DNA of 64,000 nucleotides from an uncultured Collinsella sp. (GCA_902479065.1 CABSNM010000004.1:41562-105561), one strand, 5' to 3'; positions 19,667 to 29,041 are shown, counted from the stretch's first letter. Notes: generated by a model from the sequence alone, not told the origin. Numbers and translations: made by a program.

Positions 19667-20536
19667 TTACTTGCCGAGCCAGTTTTTGAACCACCACTCC
19701 ATGGAGCGGCTCATCTCGGCCATAAAGGGGCTCGTGTGCTTGCGGGTGTAGATGTCCACCACGCGCTCGCCTACCTCGCGGGCATGCGGACGGAACATCG
19801 CGTCCATCTCGGCCACCTGCGCGTCCATGGTCGCAGCATCGGCGCGGCAGTAGCGCTCCTCATGCACCAGGTTCACCACGGGATGCGCAATGGCCGGACG
19901 CTCCTTACGGGGCGTGCCGATGATGAGCATCGACAACGGCATGGTATACGGAGGCAGATCGAGCAGCTCGGCCACTTCCTCGGCATTCTCGACGATATCA
20001 CCGATGTAGCAGCTCCCCAGGCCCAGGGCCTCGGCGGCGACCACGGCGTTTTGCGCAGCGATCACGGCGTCCTGGGCCGCGATGGCAAAGTCACCCAAAC
20101 CCGGTGCACGGCGGGGCGCCTTGCCCGTGCGCTCGACAAACTCGGGCTCAAAGCAGCCCACGTGCTCAAACAGATCGATCCACTTGGCATAGTCGACCAC
20201 AAATATAAGTGCCCAGGGCGCCTTGGCGATCATGGGCTGGTGGTCGCACAGGTCGGCCAGACGATCCAGCGTAGCCTGCTCGCGAATGCTCACGATGGAA
20301 TACATCATCATGGCGCCCGCCGACGGCGCGCGACTCGCCGCATGCAAAATTGCCGCCCGCTGCTCGTCGGTCACCGCCACGGGACGGTCGTCGTCATCAC
20401 GCGCGAAGGCACGCGTGGAGGAACGGTGCTCCAACGTGTCCAGCACCGCATTGCCCGTCGTCTCGACCGGATAGCCGCCCGCGTCCATGCCAGCGTCCAC
20501 GTCACCCGCACTCGTCATACAAGCCCGTTCGTTCAT
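19667..20536 (-). CDS. Nitroreductase family protein (NfsA/FRP-like)
   Basis: HRSSTRAF, APSA, AQNAVVAAEALGLGSCYIG. Confidence 0.88.
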   Translation of the reverse strand: MNERACMTSAGDVDAGMDAGGYPVETTGNAVLDTLEHRSSTRAFARDDDDRPVAVTDEQRAAILHAASRAPSAGAMMMYSIVSIREQATLDRLADLCDHQPMIAKAPWALIFVVDYAKWIDLFEHVGCFEPEFVERTGKAPRRAPGLGDFAIAAQDAVIAAQNAVVAAEALGLGSCYIGDIVENAEEVAELLDLPPYTMPLSMLIIGTPRKERPAIAHPVVNLVHEERYCRADAATMDAQVAEMDAMFRPHAREVGERVVDIYTRKHTSPFMAEMSRSMEWWFKNWLGK

Positions 20537-20749
20537 CGCCTCATCCTCGCCAATTCTTTAAGAAGCCTTTACGTTTCCGTGTAATTCCCGTCCATTATCG
20601 CGCAGGTCGCCACTACATTGCGCCACACCGTCACACGTGCGCGTTAATATGGCTGGTTGTTGTGCGCAGACACCAATTGCAGCGCATATCTTGGTAACAA
20701 TCGGGTAAACCCCCGCTTTCGTACGTTTTAGTTTGTGAGGAGTCTCAGC

Positions 20750-23050
20750 ATGTTCGCTGCCGCCATCTCGCTCGTCGGTCTTGCGGCGACCGTCTACCTT
20801 GTCTTGCGCGAGGCCAAGGCCATTCGCGCTCAGTCGGGCACCGTTGCCAAGGGCGCCTTCGCCTGGAGCGTCGCCTTTGGCCTGTTCCAGCTCTTTTTGA
20901 CCGTCTGGGGCGCTATTGGCCTCGTCGCGCAGAACGAGCCGCTCGCCTTCGTGATGCTCATCCTGACCAACGCCATCCTCACCGGCTGCGCTTGGGCCAG
21001 CATCGCCCGCGACCGCATCGCCCCGCGCGTCTTTGCGTTCGCCGGGCCCGACGCCCCCGCCCCCACCGGCAAGCTCGCCCGCCTGCGCGGAGCCTTTGTG
21101 GGTCGCCCGCTCGTCGCCGCCGTCTTGTGCCTGCTGCTCGCCGGCGTCTTTGCGCTGCTGGGCATGGAGGTCTCGTCCAACCACGACTTTACCTGGGTCT
21201 ACCCCCTGTGCATCCTGCTCGAGTGGGCCATCATCACCACGCTCATGGTCGGCCTGTTCTTCCTGTTCCAGCGCCACGGCGCAGCCCCCGCGGTCTTGGC
21301 CTTTGCCCTCTTTGTCCTGGGCATTGCCGAGTTCTTCGTCATCACGTTTAAATCCATGCCCATCCAGCCGGGCGACCTTTCGGCCATCTCCACCGCCGCC
21401 GCGGTCGCCGGCACCGGCTACACCTTCTCGATCTCGCTGTTCTGCGTGCTGTCCATGGGCTTTACCGCCATCGCCATGCTGCTGTGCGAGTACGCCGGCC
21501 TGGTGGCACCGCACCGTCAGAAGGGCGCCGCCAACGCCAAGCGCATGCTGCTCACCAACCTGCTCGTCGCCGTGCTGTGCCTGGGCGGTGTGACCGCACA
21601 CGTCACGCTCATCGACTACTACAACACCCTCGGCATCACCGTCTACACCTGGCGCCCGCTCGAGAGCTACTGGCGCGAGGGCTACCTGCCCGCTTTCATT
21701 AGCGCAGCGCAGTCCATCAAGCCGCCCAAACCCGCCGACTACTCCGTCGACGATGCCAAGGCCACGCTCAAAAAGTACGCCAAGGCCTATGACAAATCCG
21801 ACGCGGCTAAGAGCGATGAGCGCGCCGCCGCAAAGGAGCAGTTCGACAGCGAGAAGCCCACGGTCATCGCCATCATGAACGAGACCTTCTCGGATCTGTC
21901 GATCTACCAGAACATGCGCGCCGGCTACGAGGGCCCGCAGTACTTTAAGAACCTGTCCAACTGCCTCAGCCGCGGCAAGCTCTACGTGAGCGCCTACGGC
22001 GGCGGTACCGCCAATACCGAGTTTGAGTTTATGACCGGCAACTCCATGGCCAACCTGGGCTCGGGCGTGTACCCCTACACCATCTACAACATGGAAACGA
22101 CCGGGAACCTGGCAGAACAGTTCAAATCGCTCGGCTATTCCACCACGGCCATGCACCCCAACCACGCGACCAACTGGAACCGCGAGAACGTCTACAAGGA
22201 CTTTGGCTTTGACCGGTTCCTGTCCATCAACGACTTCCAGGGAGCCGACACTCTGCGCGGTATGGTGACCGACCAGGCGACCTATGACAAGATTCTTGAG
22301 CTGCTCGACCAGAACGCCGATCCGCAGTTTATCTTCGACGTGACCATGCAGAACCACTCGGGCTACGACACGGGCCTGCTGCCGGTCGACAAGCAGATGC
22401 ACCTGAACATCGACACGACCGACCTGGACACCAAGACCGTCGAGGACGGCACGTTGTCCGATGTCGACGAGTACGTCTCGTGCATCGAGCAGTCCGACCA
22501 GGCGCTTCGCTACTTCCTCAACGCCTTGAGCAAACTCGACCGCAAGGTGGTCGTGGTGTTCTGGGGCGATCACCAGCCGTTCTTCCCGTCCAAGTTCAAC
22601 GACAAGTGGTTTACCGGCGAGGACGACGCCACGCATCAAGAGCGCCTGTGGCAGACTGACTACATCATCTGGGCCAACTACGACGTTGCCGGCTGCGACC
22701 AGACGAGTGAGGTCGACGACCTGTCCACCAACTACCTGTCCACGCAACTCATGCAGCTGATCGGTGCCCCGCTGACCGACTACCAGAAGGCGCACATGAC
22801 GCTGCGCGAGTCGCTGCCCGCCATCAACTCGGTGGGCTACGAGGACGCCAGCCTGCGCTGGGCACTCTCCTCCAACGTCACCGGTGACGACGCCGCCGCA
22901 GCAGCCGCCACCAAGGCGCGCGAGGATTACGCCAAGATGCAGTACTACGAGATGTTCCGCGACGGCAAGAACGTCTATACGGAGCACTTCCAGACCGAGG
23001 CCAACGAGACCGACCCCAACCTGGCGCCGGGTACGACCAAGATCAAGTAG
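20750..23050 (+). CDS. LTA synthase / sulfatase-family membrane protein
   Basis: Multiple N-terminal TM helices; IMNETF, GGGTANTEFE, TMQNH, WGDHQP; GAGGAG RBS. Confidence 0.88.
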   Translation: MFAAAISLVGLAATVYLVLREAKAIRAQSGTVAKGAFAWSVAFGLFQLFLTVWGAIGLVAQNEPLAFVMLILTNAILTGCAWASIARDRIAPRVFAFAGPDAPAPTGKLARLRGAFVGRPLVAAVLCLLLAGVFALLGMEVSSNHDFTWVYPLCILLEWAIITTLMVGLFFLFQRHGAAPAVLAFALFVLGIAEFFVITFKSMPIQPGDLSAISTAAAVAGTGYTFSISLFCVLSMGFTAIAMLLCEYAGLVAPHRQKGAANAKRMLLTNLLVAVLCLGGVTAHVTLIDYYNTLGITVYTWRPLESYWREGYLPAFISAAQSIKPPKPADYSVDDAKATLKKYAKAYDKSDAAKSDERAAAKEQFDSEKPTVIAIMNETFSDLSIYQNMRAGYEGPQYFKNLSNCLSRGKLYVSAYGGGTANTEFEFMTGNSMANLGSGVYPYTIYNMETTGNLAEQFKSLGYSTTAMHPNHATNWNRENVYKDFGFDRFLSINDFQGADTLRGMVTDQATYDKILELLDQNADPQFIFDVTMQNHSGYDTGLLPVDKQMHLNIDTTDLDTKTVEDGTLSDVDEYVSCIEQSDQALRYFLNALSKLDRKVVVVFWGDHQPFFPSKFNDKWFTGEDDATHQERLWQTDYIIWANYDVAGCDQTSEVDDLSTNYLSTQLMQLIGAPLTDYQKAHMTLRESLPAINSVGYEDASLRWALSSNVTGDDAAAAAATKAREDYAKMQYYEMFRDGKNVYTEHFQTEANETDPNLAPGTTKIK

Positions 23051-23077
23051 CGACTAGCTGCGAGTTCATAACTGAAA

Positions 23078-23207
23078 CGTCTGTCCGGGCGGAGGCATAT
23101 AAGGTTCCCTGCTCGGACAGTCCTGCGCAAGACGGAGGCCACATTAAGTGGCCTCCTTTGCGTGCGGAACTCGCGATGAACCTTATATGCCTCCGCCCGG
23201 ACAGACG
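23078..23207. repeat. 130-nt rod-like hairpin element, copy 1
   Basis: Perfect 30-bp arms (23078-23107 / 23178-23207) around a 70-nt core shared with 28191-28321. Confidence 0.9.
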
Positions 23208-23292
23208 CCCTGTTGTTGGAGCGCGGCTTGTCATAGGGGTATCCGCAACATATATAAGTTGAAGGCCACGTCATGTGGCTTTTTTTGCATCC

Positions 23293-23461
23293 GGAAACCG
23301 TGTCCCAGAATTCACGTCCGGAACGGGATGCAGTTTCCGCTTGGGACCTGATTGGGAAAGTGTGTCCCACTATTCAGCTGGATTCCGGGATGTATTTTCC
23401 GGTTGAGGCTCGTTGGGAAAGTGCGTCCCGGTCTGGGCGCTAATTGTGGGATGCAGTTTCC
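23293..23461. repeat. Array 2 of alternating inverted GGAAA-N5-TCCC units (6 units)
   Basis: Units at 23293F, 23325R, 23355F, 23387R, 23416F, 23448R. Confidence 0.9.
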
Positions 23462-23485
23462 GCTTGCGGAGTCTCCACTCAACAG

Positions 23486-23508
23486 AAAACCCGGGTGGCC
23501 GGGTTTTT
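23486..23508 (-). terminator. Probable terminator of the large surface-protein gene
   Basis: AAAACCCGG-GTGG-CCGGGTTTT hairpin with A/T tracts on both sides. Confidence 0.6.
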
Positions 23509-23534
23509 GGGTTGTCGATATGTTCGACTGGCTA

Positions 23535-26500
23535 CTAGTGGGTCTTGCGGCGCTTGATCAGCATGATGAGGGCTATCACTACGAGCGTTGCTCCCGCTGC
23601 TGCTGCGGTGGCGACTAGGGCGAATGTTTGGTCGCCGGTGTTTGCGAGGTTCTTCGCTGTGGTCGTAGTCTTGACCTTGGTGTCGGTCTTAGCTCCGTTG
23701 TCGGACTTGGGCTTGTCCGGGTTCGTCGGGGTCTCAGGAGTCTCGGGGTCCTTTGAGCCTTCGGAATCGGTTGGGCCGGCGGTGTTTACCAGCGTATGGT
23801 CCAGGAACTTCTTGGCGCCCGCACTTGTCTGTGAGAACAGGCGGCGCGTGCGGATCGGGGTGGCGTTCACCGTTGTGGGCGCCGTCTCCTCGGCCTCGAT
23901 ATTCACGAGCGTCGTGCCGGTGTCGAGGCCCACGTCGTTGTATCCCACGTGGCAGCAATACTGCGCACCGTCATCGTCTGCGGTCAGGTCAATCTCGAGC
24001 TTTGAGGCCGTTCCAGCCGCGAGGTTGCCATCGGCACCCACGAGCTTAAACTCTGTCTCGCCGCGGCCCTTGCGGTACCACATATAGGTCGGTGCCAGCC
24101 CTGTTTCGCTATCGTCGGCACCGAGTCGCTTCACATGGCCAATCGCCGAGAGCGTCAGGTGGCTTCCCGCCGCGCGCTCAACCGAAGAGTCGTATCCAAG
24201 ATCCGACCCCTCCGCAGCATCCGCCGCAGGTCCGCTCACGGTCATCGTCATGCCATCGGGCATGGTCTTGACCGTGATGATTGCCGAGCGAATACCTGTT
24301 TCGGTCGTGGATCCATTCTTAACGGCGGCGATGGCGAATCGATACTCCGTATTGGGCTGCAGCCCATCCCACTTGAGCGAGGTCTGCGTGTTGTCGGCAA
24401 TCTTCCAGCTATTGACGACCGCATCCGCCGCATTGCTCTGCAGCATGCCCACGCCGTAGCTAAAGCCACTCTTGTTTGCGAGTACATCGTCCCAGCTAAA
24501 CGTAACGCTGGTCGAATCGACGGCGTTTGCCGTAAAGCCCGTCACGGCCGGCGCGTCGGGCATCTCGACGTCCTTAACGTCATAGCCCACGATCCAGAAC
24601 TGGTCGGTGTCCTTGGTGCCGAGCTTGTCGCCCGAGTCTGCCTCGAACTTGTCGACATCCACCGCGTTGACGCCCAGACGCCACACAAAACCGTACTTGC
24701 CCTGCGCGGCCTCGGGCAGGTTGTCGACGGTGCCGCCGTATTCGGTCGATTCACTCGAGGAGTTACCCGTAGTAAAGCCGGCGTTGGCACCAAAGCACAG
24801 GCCGCCAAACAACTCGTGCTTTGCGAGCTTCGCGCCCATGACAACGCTGCCGTTCAGCGTCAAGCCGAGCTCGAGCTCCTGCTCCTTGCCCTCCTCGACT
24901 TCGATGGTCTGCTCAATGCTCGCCCCCGACTGCGCGGCGGCGCCGTTAAACCCATCGTGCGTGTAGGCGCGCGTTACGCCAGGCTTGCCCAGGCCAAAGG
25001 AATCCCCAACGGGAGTCTCGCCGTTGAGCGTCGTTTGATAGGTTCCGGGTTCTCCCGACCGGTTGGTCAAAAAGTAGCTGAGCGGCGTCATATTGTGCTG
25101 TTTGGCAATGCGGTCATAGGCCTCGCCATTAACGACCGAGGTCTGCGCGCCGAGCGACACGGGCGCCGCCATCACGCCCTTGCCACCAGTTTCCTCATTT
25201 TCGATCTCATACTCGTAATAGACCATCGGAATCGTGTAGAGCACGGCCTTGTCACCCTCGCCGGCATGCGACTCATAGCTTACGCTTGCGCTGACCGTGC
25301 GCTCGCTCCGGTAGTCATAGCATCCCTCGGCGGCAAAATCGACTGAAGCATTCATCGCGACCAGGGGCGGACCGGTCTGCACCTCGACGGCAACGCCCAA
25401 CTCGGCGCCAATGGTATAGCCCTGGGATGTCCCCGTGCCCTTTTCCTCTCCGTATGACGTGCCGCCCAACACCAGATAGCCGTATGCCTGCTCCAGATCC
25501 TCAACATAGGGTGCATCCTGCAGCACGGCAAGCACGCGCGGGTTGGTATAGACCTTGTAGCGGTCCTTGTACGTGATCTTGACGCTGTCGTTGTCGACAT
25601 CGGGCAGCGCGAGCGAGATAAATGTGCCGTAGGTAGTGCCGCGACGGTTGCTCTCGCTAATCACCTGCTCCTCGCCGCGGCGCACCTTTCCGTTCTCGTC
25701 GAGCGAAAAATGCGAGGCGGTCATCCAATAGTAGTCATCGTTCTTGCGCAGGTCCTCGTCGCGGTGCTTGCCCACCACGGCGATAAAGCTCTCGTTATAG
25801 CGGTCCGAACCCGAGACGCTGCCCGCCTTGACGTCGCTGATCCACACCTGTTCTATACCCTTGTGGTCATGCTTGTTGCTGCTGTTGTATTGCTGACCGC
25901 TCATGCTCATGGTTCCGACCATGGACCCCAAGCCCTGAGCCCCGCTCTGTGCCGTGTTGCAGGCAAAGTCGCGGAACACATCGCCGCCCACGAGCACCTC
26001 GTCAACCGCCAGCTGCTCGGACAGGCCGTCAAGGTTGGCAGTGGCAAGGGCAATAGGCGCCAAGGTGCACGGATAGCGCTTATCCTGAGCGCTATCCTTC
26101 CATGCGCTGTTGGGCACATGCATCAGCCCATAGGAGGCGAGGAGCCCGTCTCTGTATTCCTTACAATCGGAAAGCTTGAACTCGCCAGACTCCGAGTCAA
26201 AATACGCGTAGCGGTACAGCGCGCCGTACAGCCCCTTGCTGCCGTCAGAAGCGCCGTAATCAAAAGCGCTGCGTTGCCAGTCATAGCCCGCAAGAATAAG
26301 GCCCGTGACGGTTTCACCCGTCTTCTTTCCTTCTTCATCGTAGGCGGCAAACGTGCCGAACGTCGCATTCGCAGCGACCATGGTCTTGCCGTTCGCGGAG
26401 AGGGAGATTGCGCCCGCGTCGCCCAGAGCATCGACATGGACGAGCGCACCCTTGGATGCATCCCACGAAAACAGCTCGCAATGCGTCGACTTATCAATAT

Positions 26501-27659
26501 TCTTCTTGCCGTAGGGTGCCGAGACCACGATGGCGAGGTCATCGCAAAAATCGCGATCGAGGTCGCCGGCCGCTAGCGAAACGACAGGAGCTGGCTGAAG
26601 CTGCGTCCAGGAGTCGTTCCCGCCCTTGTTGTGCGTGGTGTAGTCCGCGGCGTTACCGGCATCGATCTTGACGACGCTTTGCTTCCAGTTGCCGCCCTCC
26701 AAGTCATACATGTCGACTACAGCCTTGCGCACGCCGTTCTCGTCGACATAGCAGCCCGCGTAGACAAAAAGCTCGTCGACGCCGTCGCCATCGACATCGC
26801 CCGCCTCGACATCAAAGACGGCGTCGTGCTCTTGCAGGTAACCGGCATCCAGGTACTTAAAACGGCCTTCGTACATCATATTAGTGTTGACCGTCACCGG
26901 CAGGTGTGTGTCGAGAGTGCGCGTACGCCCGTTGCTAAACGAGTAGAGGACCAGCTCAACCTTTCCGGCGTATGACTTGCCGTCAATCGTCGTGGAGGAA
27001 CTGTCGCCGTAGGCACGGAACTCGGCAACGCGGCTCTTTTTGCCCGTGCTGGCGTCGCTGCAGAACTCAACACTCGTGGCGTGAATGCCCGAGAAACCGT
27101 TGTTGTCGTTGGCGAGTACTGTTGAGGACTCATTGTTGCTTAGGTACGACCAGGTGCCGCCACCGTAGTCGCTATGCTTGTAGAGATCGCTGTTCGTATC
27201 GAAGTTGTTGACGTTTTGCCAGAACTTTGCGGCGCCCCACACACTTCCATAGCCATCGGTGAGTTTGCTGCTGCCGCCAATGTCACCGCGCTCGACGTTC
27301 TCGAGCTTGTCGCGCAGAGTGTAGCGATTGCCATGGCTACCGTTAGCTGCCATATAGACCTCGCTGCGCGTGGCAAACGTCGTGGGGGTATCAGTGGAAT
27401 AGGGGCCAACGGTATCGGCCGGAATGTCCTCGCTCGTGCCCAGACCCAGGGCTTGATAATCCTGCTCGGTCATATCGGTGATTGCGGGCGCGTCTGCCGC
27501 CTGGGCAACCTGGGGCGTGGCCGTGAAGCAGGCGACGCTCGTGGCGATCAACGCAGCAAGCGCCGCCGTCCCAACAAGCGGGATTTTCGACAGCCTACGG
27601 ATACGGGGGTGTGGAACGTACATGAGGGACCTCGCTTTATTCGAGTGGAGTGGACTCAT
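23535..27659 (-). CDS. Large cell-wall-anchored surface protein (FG-GAP-like repeats, FN3, Ig-like, LANTG sorting signal); start uncertain
   Basis: Signal peptide ending AQA; GDVDGDGVDEL and AGDLDRD motifs; FN3-like WDGLQPNTEYRFAIAA; LANTG + hydrophobic helix + KRRKTH tail. Confidence 0.82.
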   Translation of the reverse strand: MSPLHSNKARSLMYVPHPRIRRLSKIPLVGTAALAALIATSVACFTATPQVAQAADAPAITDMTEQDYQALGLGTSEDIPADTVGPYSTDTPTTFATRSEVYMAANGSHGNRYTLRDKLENVERGDIGGSSKLTDGYGSVWGAAKFWQNVNNFDTNSDLYKHSDYGGGTWSYLSNNESSTVLANDNNGFSGIHATSVEFCSDASTGKKSRVAEFRAYGDSSSTTIDGKSYAGKVELVLYSFSNGRTRTLDTHLPVTVNTNMMYEGRFKYLDAGYLQEHDAVFDVEAGDVDGDGVDELFVYAGCYVDENGVRKAVVDMYDLEGGNWKQSVVKIDAGNAADYTTHNKGGNDSWTQLQPAPVVSLAAGDLDRDFCDDLAIVVSAPYGKKNIDKSTHCELFSWDASKGALVHVDALGDAGAISLSANGKTMVAANATFGTFAAYDEEGKKTGETVTGLILAGYDWQRSAFDYGASDGSKGLYGALYRYAYFDSESGEFKLSDCKEYRDGLLASYGLMHVPNSAWKDSAQDKRYPCTLAPIALATANLDGLSEQLAVDEVLVGGDVFRDFACNTAQSGAQGLGSMVGTMSMSGQQYNSSNKHDHKGIEQVWISDVKAGSVSGSDRYNESFIAVVGKHRDEDLRKNDDYYWMTASHFSLDENGKVRRGEEQVISESNRRGTTYGTFISLALPDVDNDSVKITYKDRYKVYTNPRVLAVLQDAPYVEDLEQAYGYLVLGGTSYGEEKGTGTSQGYTIGAELGVAVEVQTGPPLVAMNASVDFAAEGCYDYRSERTVSASVSYESHAGEGDKAVLYTIPMVYYEYEIENEETGGKGVMAAPVSLGAQTSVVNGEAYDRIAKQHNMTPLSYFLTNRSGEPGTYQTTLNGETPVGDSFGLGKPGVTRAYTHDGFNGAAAQSGASIEQTIEVEEGKEQELELGLTLNGSVVMGAKLAKHELFGGLCFGANAGFTTGNSSSESTEYGGTVDNLPEAAQGKYGFVWRLGVNAVDVDKFEADSGDKLGTKDTDQFWIVGYDVKDVEMPDAPAVTGFTANAVDSTSVTFSWDDVLANKSGFSYGVGMLQSNAADAVVNSWKIADNTQTSLKWDGLQPNTEYRFAIAAVKNGSTTETGIRSAIITVKTMPDGMTMTVSGPAADAAEGSDLGYDSSVERAAGSHLTLSAIGHVKRLGADDSETGLAPTYMWYRKGRGETEFKLVGADGNLAAGTASKLEIDLTADDDGAQYCCHVGYNDVGLDTGTTLVNIEAEETAPTTVNATPIRTRRLFSQTSAGAKKFLDHTLVNTAGPTDSEGSKDPETPETPTNPDKPKSDNGAKTDTKVKTTTTAKNLANTGDQTFALVATAAAAGATLVVIALIMLIKRRKTH

Positions 27660-27746
27660 TTTTGCAAATGATACATCCGATGCCCGATATCACGTGTCTC
27701 ATTTTCGCCAACGGCGTGTCTCATTTTTGAGAATCCGAGATGCCGC

Positions 27747-28131
27747 GGAAATCTTATCCCAGCTCAAAGGCCATTTCTGGGATGTATTTTCCCCTTAGAC
27801 CCTCAACCGGAAACCGCATCCCACTTTGAGCGCAAATTCCGGGATGCATTTTCCGCTTGAGCCTCATTGGGAAACGGCGTCCCACTTTGAGGGCTGATTG
27901 TGGGATGCATTTTCCGGTTTTGCTCTCATTGGGAAAATGCATCCCGTTTCTTGACCGAATAATGGGACGCAATTTCCCGTTGGAGCGCCTTTGGGAAAGT
28001 GTGTCCCACTTCGACCGCCCAGAGTGGGATGCACTTTCCGCAAAGCACCTCAACGGGAAACTACGTCCCATTCCAAAGGCAAATTCCGGGACGCATTTTT
28101 CGAAAGCCTGCCCATCCGGAAAGCCCGTCCC
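27747..28131. repeat. Array 3 of alternating inverted GGAAA-N5-TCCC units (13 units)
   Basis: F units at 27747, 27809, 27870, 27932, 27994, 28056, 28118; R units at 27779, 27841, 27902, 27964, 28026, 28088. Confidence 0.92.
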
Positions 28132-28190
28132 ACTTTGGACGCATCCGGGCACGGAACCATCGACCTATCAGGCCTCCCATCAATAAAGAG

Positions 28191-28321
28191 GCGTCCTCCC
28201 GGACGGCGGGGCACGAAGTTCATCGCGAGTTCCGCACGCAAAGAAGGCCACTTAATGTGGCCTTCGTCTTGCGCAGGACTGTAGAGCAGGGAACTTCGTG
28301 CCCCGACGCCCGGGAGGACGC
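28191..28321. repeat. 131-nt rod-like hairpin element, copy 2 (inverted relative to copy 1)
   Basis: 31-bp arms with 2 mismatches; core is the reverse complement of 23108-23177. Confidence 0.9.
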
Positions 28322-28362
28322 TTCATTTAGAAAGATGGACCGACCGCCGTCAGCGATGGGAG

Positions 28363-28920
28363 CTACTCCCCCAGCACGGCCTTCTTGGCGGCTTCAGCCA
28401 TGTTGTCCAGATCTTCCTTGGTGGGATGGTCCTTTGCGGCAACCCAGTTGTCGAGCAGCATCTTATAGCGCGCGTTTTCGGGTTCTTGCTCAAGCATCGC
28501 CTCATAGCGCTGCTTGACCGCGGGGCCCATCTTGCCCTGGCACATCGCCCAGCCCGCAAGCTCGGCATCCCCAGCCAAATTAGAAGTTACGCGATCAATA
28601 ATCTGCTGGTAATAGCTCTGGTCGGCGCCAAAACCGCAGGTGCCAAACAGGAAGACGCGCTTGCCGTGCAAGGCGGAGAGCAACGTCGCGACCGAAGGCG
28701 TGCACGCGCCCTTGTCGCACCAAAAACCGACGAGCACCGTGTCGGCCGCGCAGGCGCCCTGCGCCTCGAGCGCAACCTGATCTGCATCCGCATCGTCGCT
28801 CAACGCCGCGGCATGGACAAACTCAACACCCGCAGCCTGCAGAGCGCGCTTGATCGCGCCCGAAACCATCCTGGTATTACCGCTCTTGCTGTTAACCACC
28901 AAAGAGCACGTCATAGTCAC
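28363..28920 (-). CDS. Flavodoxin-family protein (BilS-like)
   Basis: SKSGNT FMN loop, VGFWCDKG, FLFGTCGFG, MCQGKM. Confidence 0.8.
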   Translation of the reverse strand: MTMTCSLVVNSKSGNTRMVSGAIKRALQAAGVEFVHAAALSDDADADQVALEAQGACAADTVLVGFWCDKGACTPSVATLLSALHGKRVFLFGTCGFGADQSYYQQIIDRVTSNLAGDAELAGWAMCQGKMGPAVKQRYEAMLEQEPENARYKMLLDNWVAAKDHPTKEDLDNMAEAAKKAVLGE

Positions 28921-29041
28921 GTTGCCTCGTTTCCCCCAAAACTAAAGCCACTAATGCAATTTATTAGATGAATATCTTAGTACTAACGTGACAGATGTAA
29001 ACCACCGTCTGTCGATTGATTAATTTGCCCCACGGGCTTGC

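Noticed and set aside
20558..22987. 809-aa minus-strand ORF
   Set aside because: Antisense shadow of the LTA-synthase-family gene
23078..23207. Retron msr-msd
   Set aside because: Terminal inverted arms are superficially similar, but no reverse transcriptase is encoded nearby
27747..28131. CRISPR array
   Set aside because: Units are 14 bp, alternate in orientation and vary internally; spacers are 15-18 bp and related to one another; no cas genes in the window
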